Source: Antedon mediterranea (Eukaryota > Animalia > Echinodermata). Taken from it: 64,000 nt of DNA. Each line of letters opens with the position of its first letter. Position 1 is the stretch's first letter. A program made the translations under genes and the position numbers. Positions 62,601-64,000 of the stretch are shown here, piece after piece. The stretch lies in NCBI RefSeq assembly GCF_964355755.1, contig NC_092673.1:15782948-15846947 (forward strand), in the 5' to 3' direction. The notes under the pieces are model-generated. The model searched no databases. It was given only the letters and a program-made list of their open reading frames with translations, and was not told the DNA's origin.

Positions 62601-64000
62601 TTTGTACACAAATACATTACAATTTCTTATTTATACATAAATATACTCTATTGTTATAGACAGCTATAGTTATTAATAAACGGTTTATGTATATCGTTAT
62701 TCATTCAAAAACTTTATGGTTTTGAAATGATCATACATAATACATCAATATGCACAAACTAAACATACATTATACAGCCTTGTTATTACATACACGTTTT
62801 ACACGTTGAGGCCCACACGTCGCGTGCGTTGAAACGACGTTGAAATGGTACGACCAAATACATGATGTCGAAACGCTTGCCTTATATATACATATGAAAA
62901 ATATATAATGTTATAAGTCATATTATTAATATCATAATTTACTTAATAAACTACATTATGCTAATACTTTTAAAGATGTATTGTTCGCCAAAAAAATGAA
63001 AAATGAAGATAAATAAAATAAGAATTGTATAGTTAATAATTACTTCCTTTAAAAAAAAATAAAAATATAATTTCATTTAAAAAAGAAAAATTTACTTTAA
63101 ATTAAGGTATAAATTATTTTTTTCAGCTAGTAATTCATTTTTTAAAGTGAATTATGTTTCATTAAAATGGCATATTATAAAAACATATTTTGTGGACAAT
63201 ATAGCTCCATGTATACCAATTCTGTATGTACTTAATATTAACATGAAAAACAAGAATAGCAGCACTGCTCCTTGAATAATTATCTGTTAATAGCATTGAA
63301 TTAGTAGTAAATATTAATTATTAAATTGAATAATTATTAATATCCAAAACAAACGACTTTACAAAGTGAATGGATCTTAATTGAGATTTCGACGGGATGC
63401 TAAATAAATAAAAAATAAATAAATAAATAAATCCGTCAGAAAAATGCTACTTTTGGAAAAGAAAACTCCTTTTTTCGGATATAGATATATAATTATTATA
63501 AATATAGATTTATTGTTTAACATTTGTGACTAGATCACTTTTGAAAACTGGCCAAAGCACAAGGTGAATTTATTTCTTTTTATTTTACGTTTGATTGATA
63601 ATACAAACACGTACAAATCACTACAATTAATACTTCAAAGTTCAATACAGCACATTATAAATATCCACCAATCACCAATCACCAATCACACACAATGATA
63701 GTAATTAGTCTCTTATACTCAAGAAAGTTCTTTGATTTAAAATACACACAGACACATAAATTGCTTTTCAACTTATACACAACTCGATGCAATAAATACT
63801 TATTGCATAAACACATTGTCCATGTGATAACCCCACTCCTATTTAGAATACGTTTACACATAAAACAAATCCTTATTTATATAATAAATATAAGCTTAAT
63901 TTAAACCGACGCCAACTCAAAGAACATAGACGATATATCTCACGCGAGTTATAAACATACCGAGCGGCGATTGATTTACATCGTCGGTAACTTGTGGTTT

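Overview
AT-rich eukaryotic (metazoan, probably marine invertebrate) genomic DNA; most ORFs in the supplied track are spurious or derive from repeats. Real content: (1) the last four coding exons of an alpha-L-iduronidase (IDUA, GH39) gene on + (4312-26162), with repeat-filled introns including a five-level nest of transposons and satellite; (2) a young, apparently intact 10.8 kb Ty3/Gypsy LTR retrotransposon (43180-53982) with a PNMA-like gag, a G-GGA-AAC -1 frameshift into pol, a tRNA-Lys PBS and unusual LTRs; (3) many MITEs, SINE/LINE fragments and minisatellites. The best candidate for something undescribed is the LTR itself. The 107 nt from the predicted transcription start to a GTAAG donor are duplicated so that the second copy ends at the matching acceptor, which would let an intron inside the LTR survive reverse transcription. 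U3 also begins with a 43-bp array of 37 units in the 5' LTR and 14 in the 3' LTR. A second notable signal is TA->TAGGCCTA/TAGGCTA insertions that look like excision footprints of a TA-targeting, GG-ended DNA transposon. All family assignments are from motif recognition, not database searches.
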